Assembly: GCA_017654855.1 (NCBI GenBank)
Contig: CM030332.1
Coordinates: 3,844,001-3,908,000 of the forward strand
Direction of reading: 5' to 3'
Source of the DNA: Podospora anserina
Taxonomy: Eukaryota
Length of the DNA: 64,000 nucleotides
The position numbers were made by a program, and so were the translations under genes. A model generated the notes under the pieces. It was not told the DNA's origin. It saw only the letters and a program-made list of their open reading frames with translations, and did no database searches. This document shows, piece by piece, positions 12,830 through 26,396 of this stretch (positions are counted from its first letter, which is position 1; each line of letters starts with the position of its first letter).

Positions 12830-13088
12830 TGCTATTGGGGGATATCGTCAGCTTCTGGTGTCGGTCGAGGGGCTAGGCCGCAAGGTGCCGTGACGACAGC
12901 GGTCTGTCTGCAGGGAATTCTTACTGAATGTGGATGGGTGAAGTTAGTGGCAAAGGTAGTGATATAGGTCGAGGGTATCGAGAGCGACCAGAGCTGTGCT
13001 GCTGGAAGAAGTCGCGGCGGTCGTCGTGGAAAGATCTTGGGTCGAAATGTTGTTGAGTTCTGAGTGGGAGAAGGCAAAAGAAAGTGGA

Positions 13089-13129
13089 ACGCGACAACGC
13101 GCTTTTGGTGGTTGCCCGAAAAGACGCGA
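13089..13129. promoter_or_regulatory. MCB-like elements upstream of PCNA
   Basis: ACGCGA at 13089, ACGCGC at 13097 and ACGCGA at 13124, clustered in the PCNA promoter. Confidence 0.55.
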
Positions 13130-13655
13130 CCAGGGGTTTGATTGATTCCTTGTTTTGGCCTAGCGCCTTTGGTTGCCTATGCCAGCTGTCAAATGTTGAA
13201 TCATGGCCCCCCCCCCCCTTATCTCATAGAGCCTCACACCGACATTTTGTTTTGGTTTTGGTTTTCCAATCGCTCAATGGCATATATTGAACTGCTCAAT
13301 ACCATGTCCCAATTATCTAATTACAAAAAACATGTGCTGAATAAACACATAAAGTCCACCAACATTCCCTCCAGCAATTTTCCCTGCTGCCATCCCATAA
13401 CGCCTCCCTCGATAGTCCTGTTTCCCAAAAACATTTTGAATAGTGCGAACCATTCCAGCAGAAAATATAAAGATCAAAAAGAAGGGGGAAAAAATATAGG
13501 CGGGAAGCGTTTCTATACAAGCCTCCATCTAGTTAAAAAAACACTAGGCGATAATGCGTATGACTGACTGACCCCAAGCCTGAGCTGATCGATGCGAGGG
13601 TGAAAAGAGGAAAAAGGTGGAAAGATCGTTTGTGTTGTTTTTATCGTCATAAGAA

Positions 13656-15770
13656 TCATAATGATACGCGCGCTGGGGCGGGCATGGTGGATCGTTTGGG
13701 CCGGAGGTTGATGACCATTTCAAGCTCCTTGAGCATGCCTCGACTGGCATCGGCGTCTTGCCTGATGGACTCTCGTCTCTCCCGTTCCTCCTTCATCCTG
13801 ACGATGCGCTCTTCTCTGGTGAGCATGCTTCGAGGCCGTGTTGGTGGGAGAGAAACAGCCTCGAACACTTCGGCTTCGTCGTCACCCTTAGCGCTCCCGA
13901 AGCTCGAACTGCTCGGTGATTCGCCGGTAAGAGCCTTGAACGCTTCCAAGGCCCCACCTTCCTCGACAGTGGTGAGGCCGCTCAGAGATGTTGCCGGTGA
14001 TAGCATGGTGCTGATGGAAGAGAGTCGCTTCTCGTTCCGGTCGATACCCGATGCCAGCGCTGCTTTGCCCTCCTCCCAAGCTTGTTGCAGGAGCTTGAGG
14101 TCCTGGCCAATGGACTCATACTGGGCCATGAGATTTAGACCCAGCTCAGACACGTCTTCGGCCTCGTTGAGTGTTCTCTCAGACTCCTCTCGTAACAACG
14201 CGAGCTTGGCTTGAAGTCCACGGATGCCCGTGGACAAAGAGTTGAGTTTTTGAAACTGAGATCGTCGCCTCTCTCGGTTTGGTGATAATGGGAATTTGGA
14301 CTCTTGAACCGTGGGGAAAGCTATTCCGTGTCAGCGAATTGCAACCAGATTCAAGCCGCGCGAAAGGCTTACTCTCTTCCTCGTCGAGGATTTGCCGGAC
14401 CTTGGACAAACCCTCGTCCGTCGCCTCGGTCAGGGCACGAAGGCTCTCGACAGCCGTTGACCACCGCAAAAAGTCCGTGTTGTCTCCGGTAGCCTCCAAA
14501 GCGAGCAACGAGCACAGGAAAATCTTCCTGATGGTATGAAACCTGGCAGCTGCAATTTTCAGTGTCTTGACAGACTCTGGATCGTCAAACTCGCGATCCG
14601 AGAAACCCTGCATAGCATCAGAGATATCAAAATCGCTGATATCATAGACATCGTGGAACTTTTCGATATCCAACTGCTCTGAAAATCCCTTGATCACTGA
14701 TGACACTTTGATGTACGTCTTGATCATCTCAGCCAAACGGGCCTTTAGCGTCTTCCGTAGTCTGCTACATCGGCGAGTCTGGCTTCTGTCCTCTAACCGG
14801 CTGATAGGGGGCAACGGAGCGCTTCTGAACTTGAGTTAGTTTCGGGACATGGCAATGGGGCCGGTTCATCTTACAGCCTGTAGCCCCTTGAGACGAGCTC
14901 CACCTCCTGGATAAGGGACAGCGCCGCGCTCGAGACACCATCAAAGTCTTGCGACTTGGCCACGAATGCAGACACCTCGGCCAGTGCCTGATTCCTAAGA
15001 TATCGTATCCACTGCTGGCGGATGTAGAAGTGCGCCACCAGACCGAACCCAACAAGCACCACCGTCGTGAATGCAATCTTCCCCTTTGTCAACTGGGCAT
15101 ATCCTCCCATGTACACCCATCGAATCACACACGCTACCACCAGGGCGCCCGTAGCCGTTATTAATATTCCCGTTGACGTTGGAACCACCACGTTCTGCGG
15201 AACATCCGACGCATCCCTATTTCGGTTGAAGTAGTTGTAGTTCCCCGTAATCGAGTGCCCAGCTAATAGTTGTGAGGCGACGATGGTGTATCTGAACTGC
15301 TCGATAAACTTGAGGTTGTCGGCCCGATCTATTCTCGATGCTACAGCCTTCTGCCAAACGAACAAATCGTTAGCGACGTCACCATGCAGCGCGCTGCGGC
15401 AACAGCAAAAGAAAAGAAAAAAAGAGGCAAAAGCGGCTTACCGAGTATGAAAGATGTAGCGACCCCAGCCTGCTCGTCCTGTTCCGCGGGACATCCAGCC
15501 GCAGCGGATCCGGAATCTTACTCCGGAAGCGCTTCTTGATGGTCGGACGTCCTACCGGAGCAAAGGACGGGCTCGATGGCGGCGACACATCGTGCTCTGA
15601 GACCTCGGGCGTGCTCCAGTCCAGCTGTTTGTCGCCTTGGTCTGTGATGAATAGGGGTATCAGTATTGCCCAGGATGCCATCTTGTTTGTTGTGGCCGGA
15701 AGAGTGAAAAGATGGACTGACCGTGCAGATATTCGTCGAGGGGAGAGTGGTCCTGAATAACGGTCTCCAT
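13656..15770 (-). CDS. Vezatin-like (myosin-binding domain) membrane protein; exons 15770-15722, 15641-15442, 15350-14875, 14824-14373, 14320-13656
   Basis: Starts METVIQDHSPLDEYL. Contains FIEQFRYTIVASQLL, two TM segments, IQEVELVSRGYRLSAPLPPISRLE and a C-terminal MLKELEMVI. Canonical introns keep the frame. Confidence 0.8.
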
Positions 15771-17032
15771 CAAAGCAAAGTGTCGCGATGCCAGTTCCCC
15801 ATCTGCCCGCCACTGCGCACCCCTAGAGACCCGACCGTTTTGTTTCGCAATCCCTCCCGATATTTGTTGTCGCACAAAGGGGCTCGCAGACGTCACACGA
15901 TGCGGTCACACGTGAGTGGTTCCGGGTGGTTGTCGTGGGACAAGAAAGGGAGGCCGTCGGGTGGTGGTGGTTGGTGGTGTGGTATGTACTGTAAAGGAGT
16001 GGCGGCGACAAGTCGTTTAGCGCTAGGGGTGGCCGGTTGTGGTTGTGGTGGTGGTGGGCTTTACGAATAGCCGCTGTGCATGTTTCTATCGTGGTCGCGG
16101 CCAGTGGCTGGAAGATGTGTGTATATCGGGGACGGGTGACAAGACGGAGACCGGGCGACCTCTTGGGGTGAGTGGGTGATGCTTTTGAGAGTCAGGGAAC
16201 AGGTGGACAGGAAGCTAGAGCTGCAATCGAAGGAGTCGATGGCCGAAAATAACAACAAATGCACTGGGAAGGTCGCTAAAGGCTCTCATTAAAAGTCGGG
16301 GGTTAGCTGCGAAGCTTCTGGTGGATTGAGCATCCCTGTCACGTAGCCTTCATTTAAGAAGCACAATGCGGAAATAATGTCCAGGGTCTGGCTTCCTTTA
16401 CATCATCTCGGTGCACTCGGCCCGTCATAGGAGCATGTCTTGAATTCTGCAGTCGGTCTATCCTGTCCTCGGGAGCAGCCTATGGCAGCTTCAGATGCAG
16501 CTTCAAGATATTCAACTCGAAGCATCATCTTGAAATACCTGCTCACACCCAAGTAAGTTCAGTGAGATAATGCCACAGGGCAGTGCAGCAGGGGAATGGC
16601 ATCTTTTATTCCCAGCGGACAATTGCCCAATCTCGGCCCTCAAAAAACGGTCATTACCGTACCTACCGTATCGATACGGGACCCGTGCTCCGGGGCCCCA
16701 CACAAGCTGGCCCCTGGCCCATGTTCATTTCCAACTGGCGGACCCAAACAACCCGTTTGAGCGGGCGGGTCCTCCCAAGAGGCGCTGCATTGAGCCTCAG
16801 CGATCGCGATAATCATCACTTCCAGCATCACACATATCAAAAACAACCACCAGTCAAACCTCCGCCGATTGTCATTCGCCCCGCGCAGACTAACATACCC
16901 CATCTCACGGAAGTTTCCATTCCCTCTACTCCGTACCAACCACTTGGCTCTGTCCTGCGCCCCAGACCTGTCACCGCACCCAACCGCGGCCGCAACACCA
17001 AACCCTCCCCCCAAACCCATAAACCAACCACG

Positions 17033-17478
17033 ATGCCCTCCCAGCAAGAACTCGACTTTCAAATCTCCCCACTAGTTCAAGAATCACTAGTCCACAACAC
17101 CCGAGTACGTCCCCCCGAACCCAACCAAAAACCACGACCCACTAACTGACCTACCCCCCATAGACCCTCCACAACCTCCAATCCCTCACAGCCTCCCTCT
17201 TCGGCGTCGGCGCCGGCATTTTAGGTCTAGAGTCCTACTCCGGCTTCCTCTTCTACCTCGTCTTCTCCCTCATCACAACCCTCCTCTTCTACGCTCTGAG
17301 AATAGCTCCCACGGCGATATCCTCCCCCTCTTCTTCTTCTTCCTCCACCACCTCAAAAGGAGGCGTCCTGTCCCGGTATTTCAGGAGTCCGCTCGATTTC
17401 TGGACAGCGGGGCTCACGAACGGGCTGGCGGGGTTTATTCTGACTTGGACGCTGTTTTATGGGTTGGTGAGGGCATGA
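17033..17478 (+). CDS. EMC6: ER membrane protein complex subunit 6; intron 17105-17163
   Basis: MPSQQELDFQISPLVQESLVHNTR-TLHNLQSLTASLFGVGAGILGLESYSGFLFY...GLAGFILTWTLFYGLVRA*. Confidence 0.88.
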
Positions 17479-18146
17479 GGGTGGGAAGGGGCTTTGGGAC
17501 TGACGGGATGATGTGTAGATATTGACGGGCGGGGGTATGGAAAAGAAAATACATCAAAGACTCTTGGGTTTTTTCGACCATGATGATGGGATTGACAAGG
17601 AGGGTGATATCACGCTTCTTTTCATGGACCTATCTATTGGTCAGCCAAACACAAATAACAATCATCAACTAGATAAATGCCCGAATTCATACACACCTAA
17701 CTATCTAACCTATACTATTCGTTTCGGTATTTAAATCTCTAGGCGACAGACACACCAGCATGTCTACCTACCTTGTCTTTTCGTGCTATTATTCAACAAC
17801 AACAACAACAACACCCCAAAACAACATCAAAAGCCTTCCTTTAAACACGCCAGAAACCTAAATAAAACAAAAAAAAAGCCCCAGAAGCAAGCAAAAGCAG
17901 ATACAAAAAAAAACACCATAATTCCAGACACCATCAACCATCGAAAAGAAAAGGCTAAAGAAAAAAAAAGAAAAAAACTAAAAACAAAAAGAGGTATCAT
18001 ATTCACAAAGAGTTACAAAACTCAAAGTCCTCCCCCCTCAAGATAATTCCTCCCAATCCTTTACCCCCTCCCTCCATCCCAATATCCTAACCCTTTCAAT
18101 CCCTTCATCATCTTCATCACTCATACACCATTTTCTCCCACCCCCT

Positions 18147-21100
18147 TTACTGCGTCCTATAAAACTTCTTATAAACCAAATGCAACAGCAAGTTCACATT
18201 CAGCTTCAAGCAACCCCCTTCAAACAGCTGCATAAACTGATGCGCCTCAAACTGCGCCTGCAGCAAGTCCTCAATCGGCACCAGCGCGCTCGCGCCAGGA
18301 ATCTGGATGTGTCCCCTGCTCCCCTCCAGGCTAAAAACGCCAACCTCGTCGCACGAGATGGTCAGGTTGATCTGCCCCCACTCCCTCTCCGGTATCCCCG
18401 CCCACGAGACCAACACCCCCTTGTCGTTGAGCGCGCGGGCGGAATACTTGTACGACCCAAACTTGGGCACCCGGCCGGACCGCTCCAGCTCCCGTTGGTG
18501 GTTGTACTGTTTTGTGAAGGGGAGGAGGAAGCGTTTTTTCCTGTTGCGAACAAAGTTAGCTTGTGTGTCAACACCGAGTAGAAAGGAGGAAAAACATACC
18601 CTTTCTTGTTCTGCAGCGTAGCCATGGCTTGCTCAATGTAGTCGTCGTATGACTTCCTCTGCTGCTCCAAATACCTCGCCTTCTCGTGCAAGTTACTCAA
18701 CGTCATCCTCACCCCCTCCAGCTCCCTCTGCCTCTGCACCCTCCTCCTGCTCTTCGTCCTGATGTCCAGGGCAATCGCATTCAGAATATCCTGATAGTAA
18801 TTATGCCTCGATATCCTCCCAATCTGCTCCAGCCTCATCACGTTCTCCAGCGCCATCCTCTTCAGCTCGTAATAGCTCATGCGCGTAACATCAACCATGT
18901 TCGCATCCGAGTACGCGCCCTTGGTGTTGCTCCCGTTGGAAAAGTCATCCCTCAGCAGCATCTGCCACTTGTGCTCGTCGTCCTGCGTGATGGGCTTCAC
19001 CAAGATCTCCATGAGGTTGGTGCCAGTTTGAACGCGAATGATGTACAAGATGCACCTCTTGGTCTCCATAAACAGCGCCTTGACTTCCGCGTCAGGGTCC
19101 GCCACATCGTGCAGCTTGGGCGTCAGAAACATTTGAATGTCGGTCGACCCGGCAGCCGTCATCTCGCTCTCGTTGTGCTTGGCGCTTCCCAGATCTTGCA
19201 TGATCTCCCGAAGCATATCATCCCTGTTCGGGCAGAGATGAATCAGCTCCGACGCGATCAAGTTGTGAATCGCAAAGATATCCGCCATCTTGATGTACAA
19301 CGTCGGCTTGTTCTTCGCGTAAAGATCGTTGTACTCATCAATATCAAACGTCCTCTCCGCATCCGGCACCGCAATCAACGCCTCCGTCAACCCCGTCAAC
19401 CGCTCAATGCTCTCCGCAATGAACGCATTCAACGGCTGGAGATAGACGTTATCCCCACCAAACTGCCTCCCCGAAGCCATCTGGCTGAGCACCTTGGCCA
19501 CCTCGCCCAGATTCCTCTTCTGGAGCGGGCTAAGCTGCTTCTCAACCACACCGACATTCTCCGGCGCCGTCAGCGCAGGTTGCAGATAGAACTTCCACAG
19601 CCAGTTCATCACCACGTTCAACAACCTGACCGGGTCCTCCCTCTGAAACCTCTGCCTCAACGCCTCGAAGATCTGCTTGCAGACAAACCGGAGCCCATAC
19701 GGCATCCTCGGCAGCAGATCCTCCAGCGCGAACAAAAACTGATCGCAAATCTCCCTCAAGTCGCGCAGGTGATCAATAAAGACTTGTTTGGTCTCCGGAT
19801 CCTTGATCGCAAGCTCTCGGGGAATGTCCAAAGGGCGACTGCTCGGCCGACCAGTCCTCAGCTCTTCGTTGTTGATGGCAGACCGGTAAATCTGCATAGG
19901 ATCGCTCTCCAGATCCAGCTCCGGGTCCTCGATGATATTGTCGCGGATCAAAGGACCAAGCAGATCCCGCAGGTACTTCCTGTCCCGCGGCGATCTGGTG
20001 TAGTTCTGCAGCAGCTTCGACCAGAAAAAGTTGCCCCTGAGATAATCCTGCAAACTATTGCAAGCATCCACCTCCTCCCCAATCGCCCTCCCAATAAGCT
20101 TCAGGAGATAATACTCCTCCCTCCTCTTCTGCGCATACCCAAACAGGCTCATCATCAGCAACTCAATCCTCTTGCACTCCTTCTCCGCCGTCCCCACCTC
20201 CCTCAGCCGCTTAAACAGCCTAGCCAGATACTGCGGCTGCGTCTGCAGCGCAAAAAACAGCTGCTGATACGACTCCAGCTTCTTCCTCGACCCCTTGTTC
20301 AGTGCCTTCAAATCAAACTGGTTGGCGCTCGACATGGAGCTATTCGCCAGCAGCGTCCCCGTATGGCCGCCATAGTTATGCTGATGCTTGACAACCTCAT
20401 CCAGCGTGATCTTGTTCTTGACCAGCAGCGCAATCTTGATATCGAGCTGGTCAATGTACTGCTCCAGCATCTCATTCTGGCGAACCTGCTGCACCACCGT
20501 CTTGCGCAGCCTTTCAAACTCCACCTCCTCGTTGAAGTCAAAGTCGCTGTCGTTCAACAGGTGGACAAAGTTCTTGACCGCATTGACCGGTGGGTTCTTC
20601 CCGCCGGTAAGACTCTTGTAGGCGTCGCCCTGCAGCTTGGCGCGGACCAAGCTCTGGATCTTTACCACCTTTTGCATGTTCTCGTTGAAGAACTTTTTCT
20701 TCTCTTCAAACTTGGCCCTGACGATGAACGCCTTTGCCGCAGCCTGGACTTCGGCAACGACGGCTTCATTCTCATCCAGTTCGTCAAGAACTTCAGCAAC
20801 GCTGCCGCGGAGAAGCATAGCCCTGGCAAGACCCTGCAGCGAGGCAATCTCCATCTCGTTCGTCTCGAGCTGGTCGAGAATCTCGCCTTGCTTCTGTCTG
20901 CAGAGCATCCCGCGCACCTGAGCCTGAAGCAGAGTAATCGACTCCTCCTGTTCAGCGAGCGCGTCGAGGAGGCCCGCAACGCGATTGCGCTCCAGCATGC
21001 CTCTGATCTGAGACTGCAAAGAGATGATATTCTCCTCCTCCTCACCCAGGGCCTCAAGCTGTTCCGAGATCTCCCTCCGCACGGCACCAGCCCTAACATA

Positions 21101-23500
21101 CGCCTGAAGCAAGCCCAGGCTTGGCTCCTGTTCCTTAAGCTCAGCCTCAATCCCCTTCACAGTGCTCCTAGCGACCTTGCCCCGGGTGGCAGCCTGCAGT
21201 GTCGTGAAAACCGGCTCAAAACTCTCCAGCGCCTCAAGCTGATCGGCAACACGGCTCCTTTCCAGCGCCGCCCTCGCAGCAGCTTGGATCCCAGTAATAG
21301 CCGGCATCGCCTCCTCCAGCGCAATCAGATCCCTCTCCACCTCCCTCCTAAGCAACATGCCCCTAACAGCAGCCTGCAACTTCTCCACCGGCGCCTCGCT
21401 CTGCCTCACCTCCCTCTGCTGCACCTCCATCTTCTTTCTCGCCAAAAACCCCCTCACCGTCGCCTGGATATCCCTAACCGGCCCCTCCTCCACATCCAAC
21501 TGCCCAAGCTGCTCCTGTATCCTCCTCCTCTCCAAAAACCCCCTAAACGTCGCCTGAATATCCCTCACCACACCACCCGCCATATCCAACTCGTCCAACT
21601 TCTCCCTCACCTCCCTCCTCGCCCTCACCGCCCTAAAAGCACTCTGCAGCTTCACCACCGCCGGCTCCGCCCTCTTGACCTCCCGTTCCCTCATCTCCCT
21701 CCCATTCCTAACCAACCACCCCCTAGCAGCAGCCTGCAGTTGCCTAACCACCCGCTCCCGCTCCAACTTCCACTCCACCACCTCTCTCATCATCCCCCCC
21801 CTAACCCTACTCTGCAAATCAACCAACCACTCCTCCTCCTCCCACAACCTCTCCATCATCTCCCCCAACCTCATCCTCGCCACCGCCCCCCTAACCTGCG
21901 CCTGCAACTCCCTCACACTCTCCTCCGCCTCCCCCAACTCCCTCTCCACCCTTTCCTCCTCCGTCTCCTCCTCCACCATCTCCTCCACCACCCCAAAATC
22001 AGCCCCCATATTCCCAAAACTAGGCATCGCCCCCCCCAGCTTATCCAACCCCCTCTGCATCTTCTCCAGCTCGCTATCCTCAAACTCCAACTGCCCAACC
22101 AAATTCCCAATCCTGAACCCCACCACCCCCTTCCGAAACAACAACCAGCTCAGCGCATGGATGCAGTGAATCACCTTGGGAATGTTCTTCTTCTCGTACA
22201 GGTCAATCAACTCAAACCTAAACAAGTCCGGCAGCTCAATCTCATCCAGATACCGAAAAAAAATCGCAATATTGTCGCTGTGCCGGTACTGCAACTTCGG
22301 GTTCCGAAAAATCTTGAACCTCCTCTCCGGGTTCAACGCCTCCACCACTTCCGCCAGAGTAACTCCATCCCGCAGGGCTTCCTCCAATTCCACAATCGGC
22401 GGGATCGCCCGCTGGATGATATCCTCGATCCACTCTTTTGCTTCGCCAATGTGGCAGAGGTATTCGTACGCTTGCAGAAACTGCCTCTGCCTGTCCATCC
22501 AGTTTCTGTTTTCCCAGCCAGACTTGGCCGCGGGCCGGTTTGATTTCAAACGGCGACGACCTCTCAACCCGACAACCTCTTGCGTGGCAGAAGTGATGGT
22601 ACTGAAATCGTCCGATTTGGCCAGCTTGGACAATGTTCGTAGTTCACTGGTCGAGGATCGCCCCAAACTTTCCAGATCCGGCCTAAGAATCGGTGCTACT
22701 GTGTGGGCGCTCAGCAGAGGGGGGGGCATGATGCCGACGTCGCTAGGTCGACGGGGTGCCATGACGGTGTCGGATCGAGTCAGAAGCATCGAAGTAGGAC
22801 GGACGACCGAGGGCCGGTGGTTGCCATGACCTGGGGGTGTTGGTGGGTTTGCCGCGGCCGGCGAGGTTGCTGGTACGAGGGAGCCGCGGCGGGGTGGTGT
22901 TGGAGGTTGTGGTGAGGTTGGCGGGGTTCGTTCACGAGGTGACGATAGCGACAGGCTGGCCATATCTAACCTGCCGACGTCGACGCTGCGGCCTCGGGAG
23001 TGGTGGCTGGGGATGGCATCAACATTCTGACCCAGATCATAGCGACTGTTACCGATGTCTACACTATAGCCTCGGTCACGGTGGCTGGGAGCGCGGGGTG
23101 GTGGTGTTAATGTCGTCGAAGAAGAAGTACCTGGTGGCACCTGGGGGAGTGGTCGGAGCGATTGACGAGCAGCCGAATAGATATTATCCGGTGTTGGTGT
23201 GGTGGGCGTAGAGGAATAACTATGAGAAGAACGAAGACTTGGAACCAAGTGGCTGGCCTCGCTTTGCCCTCTCTTGTGGCCGTATCCCGGGTTCGTGGTC
23301 GAGTAAACACTGGACGCGGCGGACATGGCGCTGGGGGCTCGACTTAGATTCAGATCGAAAGAAGCAGAAGACACATGGGAATAGCCCGACGAGGCAGATG
23401 AGGATGCTGTCGAGGGCTGGCGGTAAATATCGGAAGAGCGATAGTCGGCTGTGTGCGACTGGCGCAACGGGTGCGGCCTGTGCGACGACGACGACGGCAT
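18147..23500 (-). CDS. IQGAP-related cytokinesis scaffold (CH, many IQ repeats, RasGAP, RGCT); intron ~18541-18599
   Basis: CH region QAYEYLCHIGEAKEWIE...LRDGVTLA, ~30-aa-spaced LQxxxRGxxxR IQ motifs, and a GAP-related domain (KFYLQPALTAP). Iqg1/Rng2/SepG family. Confidence 0.95.
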
Positions 23501-24608
23501 TGTATGTGTGCTACTACCGTTGCTGTTGTTGTTTTGGCTCAAATTTCGGGTTGCACGGGATGGCAGTCGTCGACAACATTAGATCGCTGAATAGAACAGC
23601 TTCCTCTCCCTTGCTCAGAGTGCCAAGCAATGACGATGGGGGATCCTCTTTGGAGGGGTTGGGGTGAGGGGAGGGTTGGTTATGTGCCGGGTCGGTCGGT
23701 GTCTGATGGATGTCGATAATGTCTAGCGCCGAGCGAGCGCAAACACGTCCTGCTCTGCTCTGTCTATCCTTAAACAAACAGTACACGAAGTAAAAGGCAG
23801 AAAGAATCCTTGCCAATGCCAACGCCGGCGCACAGCGCAAAAAAAGTTCGGATGATGAATTGGTGGTTTAAAGAAGGGTCATTCTATACCAGTCGAGACT
23901 CGAGAGCCGCATGGAGAGCATGGAGGGGATGGATGATATTATCGAAGGTGTGGGAGGCCAATGACCAGGGGTGTCGGCCAGGTTTAGTGGTTGCGGCCTG
24001 AGAGGGGAACTGCCTTGTTTACATTTACCGGAGGGCGCCAGGGCAACGGGCTGACGGGACTTCATGTGTGTGGCTCGGTCCTACAAAATCCCGTTCCGCC
24101 CTGCGTCTACGGGTCCCCTGTGCCATGTAGATTAAGGGCATCTTGGGAACTGTGGTAGCACCAATTGTTTGGAAGCGAGACACGTGGTTGACCCGAAAAG
24201 TAAACAAGAAGGACTTAGAGATATCATGGAGCAATTGCTCTGTTATTTCAAGAGCTCTCATCTGAAGACGCATGACCGAGAATATGTGAGCTGCCCCGGA
24301 GCATCAATTTGAGTTGACGGAGTTCCAAGTCTAGCCAGGCCCGTGCGCCTAGAGCAGCACCGATGCTCCACCCCTGACACATTCACCGCCCGGCAATTGC
24401 CCCGCATCCCACCCACTCTAAAAATTTCTGGTGGCATAAAAAGATTTTCAGAGGCGACTCTGAGATTTTCTTTTCCTCTTCTCTTGGGGGGGAACAGTTG
24501 GCTGATTCTCAAAGGACCTGTCCTTTCTGTCTCCCCCCTCGCTCGCATCAACAATCTCTTGCTTCACAACCACCAGTCTATCCCACAGATCTCAGTCAAC
24601 GCGCAGAA

Positions 24609-26396
24609 ATGTCGTCCGACCAAGTTCTTGACTGGCGCAAGGCCGAGGAGGTGCTCAACGAGTACAAGAGTCGCGATGGCCTCAGTGTCCATGAGCTCAT
24701 GGACGCCAAGGCCCATGGCGGTCTCACCTACAACGACTTCCTTGTTCTCCCCGGCTACATTGGCTTCCCTGCCTCTGCCGTCACTCTCGACTCCAAGATC
24801 ACCAAGAAGATCACCCTGAAGACCCCTCTCGTGTCCTCGCCCATGGACACCGTCACCGAGCACGAGATGGCCATCCACATGGCCCTTCAGGGTGGTCTCG
24901 GTGTCATCCACCACAACTGCTCTCCCCAGGCCCAGGCCGACTTTGTCCGCAAGGTCAAGCGCTATGAGAACGGTTTTATCCTCGACCCCGTTGTCATCAG
25001 CCGTGAGACCACCGTCGGCGAGGCCAAGGCCCTCAAGGAGAAGTGGGGATTTGGTGGTTTTCCCGTCACAGGTTAGTTTTCTTGCTCTCCCCAACTCTCT
25101 CTGCCACATGATTACAAACCTTACTTTCGTTCCACCAAATCGACCTATGTGTCATGAGGACTCAATATCACTGAAAATTATGATCGTGGCACCATTCTAT
25201 CACTTTCTAAGCTCTGCAGCTCATCAAGGATTGCACGCTAACAAACTGTGATTACAGAGTCCGGCAAGCTCGGTTCCAAACTTTTGGGTATCGTCACCAA
25301 CCGTGACATCCAGTTCGAAGATGACTTTGAGAAGCCCATCTCCGAGGTCATGGTGACCGATCTCATCACGGCCCACGACGGTGTTGACCTCCTCGAGGCC
25401 AACAAGATCCTTGCTGCTTCCAAGAAGGGCAAGCTCCCAATCGTTGATTCCGATGGAAACCTCGTTTCAATGATTTCCCGCTCCGATTTGACTAAGAACC
25501 TCCACTTCCCCCTCGCTTCCAAGGCTGCCGACTCCAAGCAGCTCATCTGCGCCGCCGCCATCGGTACCCGTCCCGAGGACAAGGCCCGTCTTGCCGGCCT
25601 TGTTGAGGCTGGCCTCGACATTGTCATCCTGGACTCGTCTCAGGGTAACTCGATGTACCAGATCGAGATGATCAAGTGGATCAAGAACGAGTACCCTGAC
25701 CTCGAGGTCATTGGTGGCAACGTTGTCACCCGTGAGCAGGCTGCTGCTCTCATCGCCGCCGGTGTCGACGGTCTCCGTATTGGTATGGGCTCCGGCTCTG
25801 CCTGCATCACCCAGGAGGTCATGGCCGTCGGTCGTCCCCAGGCTACCTCCGTCTACAATGTTGCTGCTTTCGCCGCCAGATTCGGTGTTCCCTGCATTGC
25901 CGACGGTGGTGTCCAGAATGTTGGCCATATTGTCAAGGGCATTGCCCTTGGTGCCTCCACCGTCATGATGGGCGGTCTCCTTGCTGGTACCACCGAGTCT
26001 CCCGGTACTTCCTTCGTCTCCCGCGAGGGTAAGCTCGTCAAGGCCTACCGCGGCATGGGTTCCATCGACGCCATGCAGGACAAGAAGGCTGGTGGTGGTG
26101 GCAAGGACAGCCAGAAGAGCAATGCTGGCACTGCCCGCTACTTCTCCGAGGGCGACTCCGTCCTTGTTGCTCAGGGTGTCTCTGGTGCCGTTGCCCACCG
26201 TGGCTCCGTCAGCAAGTTCGTCCCCTACCTCGCTGCCGGTCTCAAGCACTCCCTCCAGGACATGGGCATGACCAGCGTCGAGGAGCTCCACAAGCAGGTC
26301 GAGGCCGGCATTGTCCGCTTCGAGATTCGCACCCCCAGCGCTCAGCTCGAGGGCGGTGTGAACATGGAGTCCTATGAGAAGAAGCTCTATGCTTAA
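24609..26396 (+). CDS. Inosine-5'-monophosphate dehydrogenase; intron 25072-25257
   Basis: SSPMDTVTE, a CBS pair, catalytic [10 protein letters not shown] and AYRGMGS. Confidence 0.97.
25102..25191 (+). ncRNA. Intronic box C/D snoRNA (snR54-like 18S guide plus a 25S guide)
   Basis: Terminal stem TGCCAC/GTGGCA; C box ATGATTA (25108); guide ACTTTCGTTCC (25123-33); D' CCAA; C' ATGAGGA (25154); guide CACTGAAAAT (25169-78); D box ATGA (25180). Both guides are antisense to conserved rRNA segments as recalled. Confidence 0.8.

Noticed and set aside
18686-22543. 1285-aa plus-strand ORF
   Set aside because: It is the antisense shadow of IQGAP caused by codon bias (L/P/Q/H-rich, no domain). The same applies to shadows of urease, IMPDH, Het-C and KH.
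24609-26396. IMPDH as a self-resistance gene of a mycophenolate-type cluster
   Set aside because: No PKS or NRPS nearby, strong housekeeping codon bias, canonical AYRGMGS, and it hosts a snoRNA.
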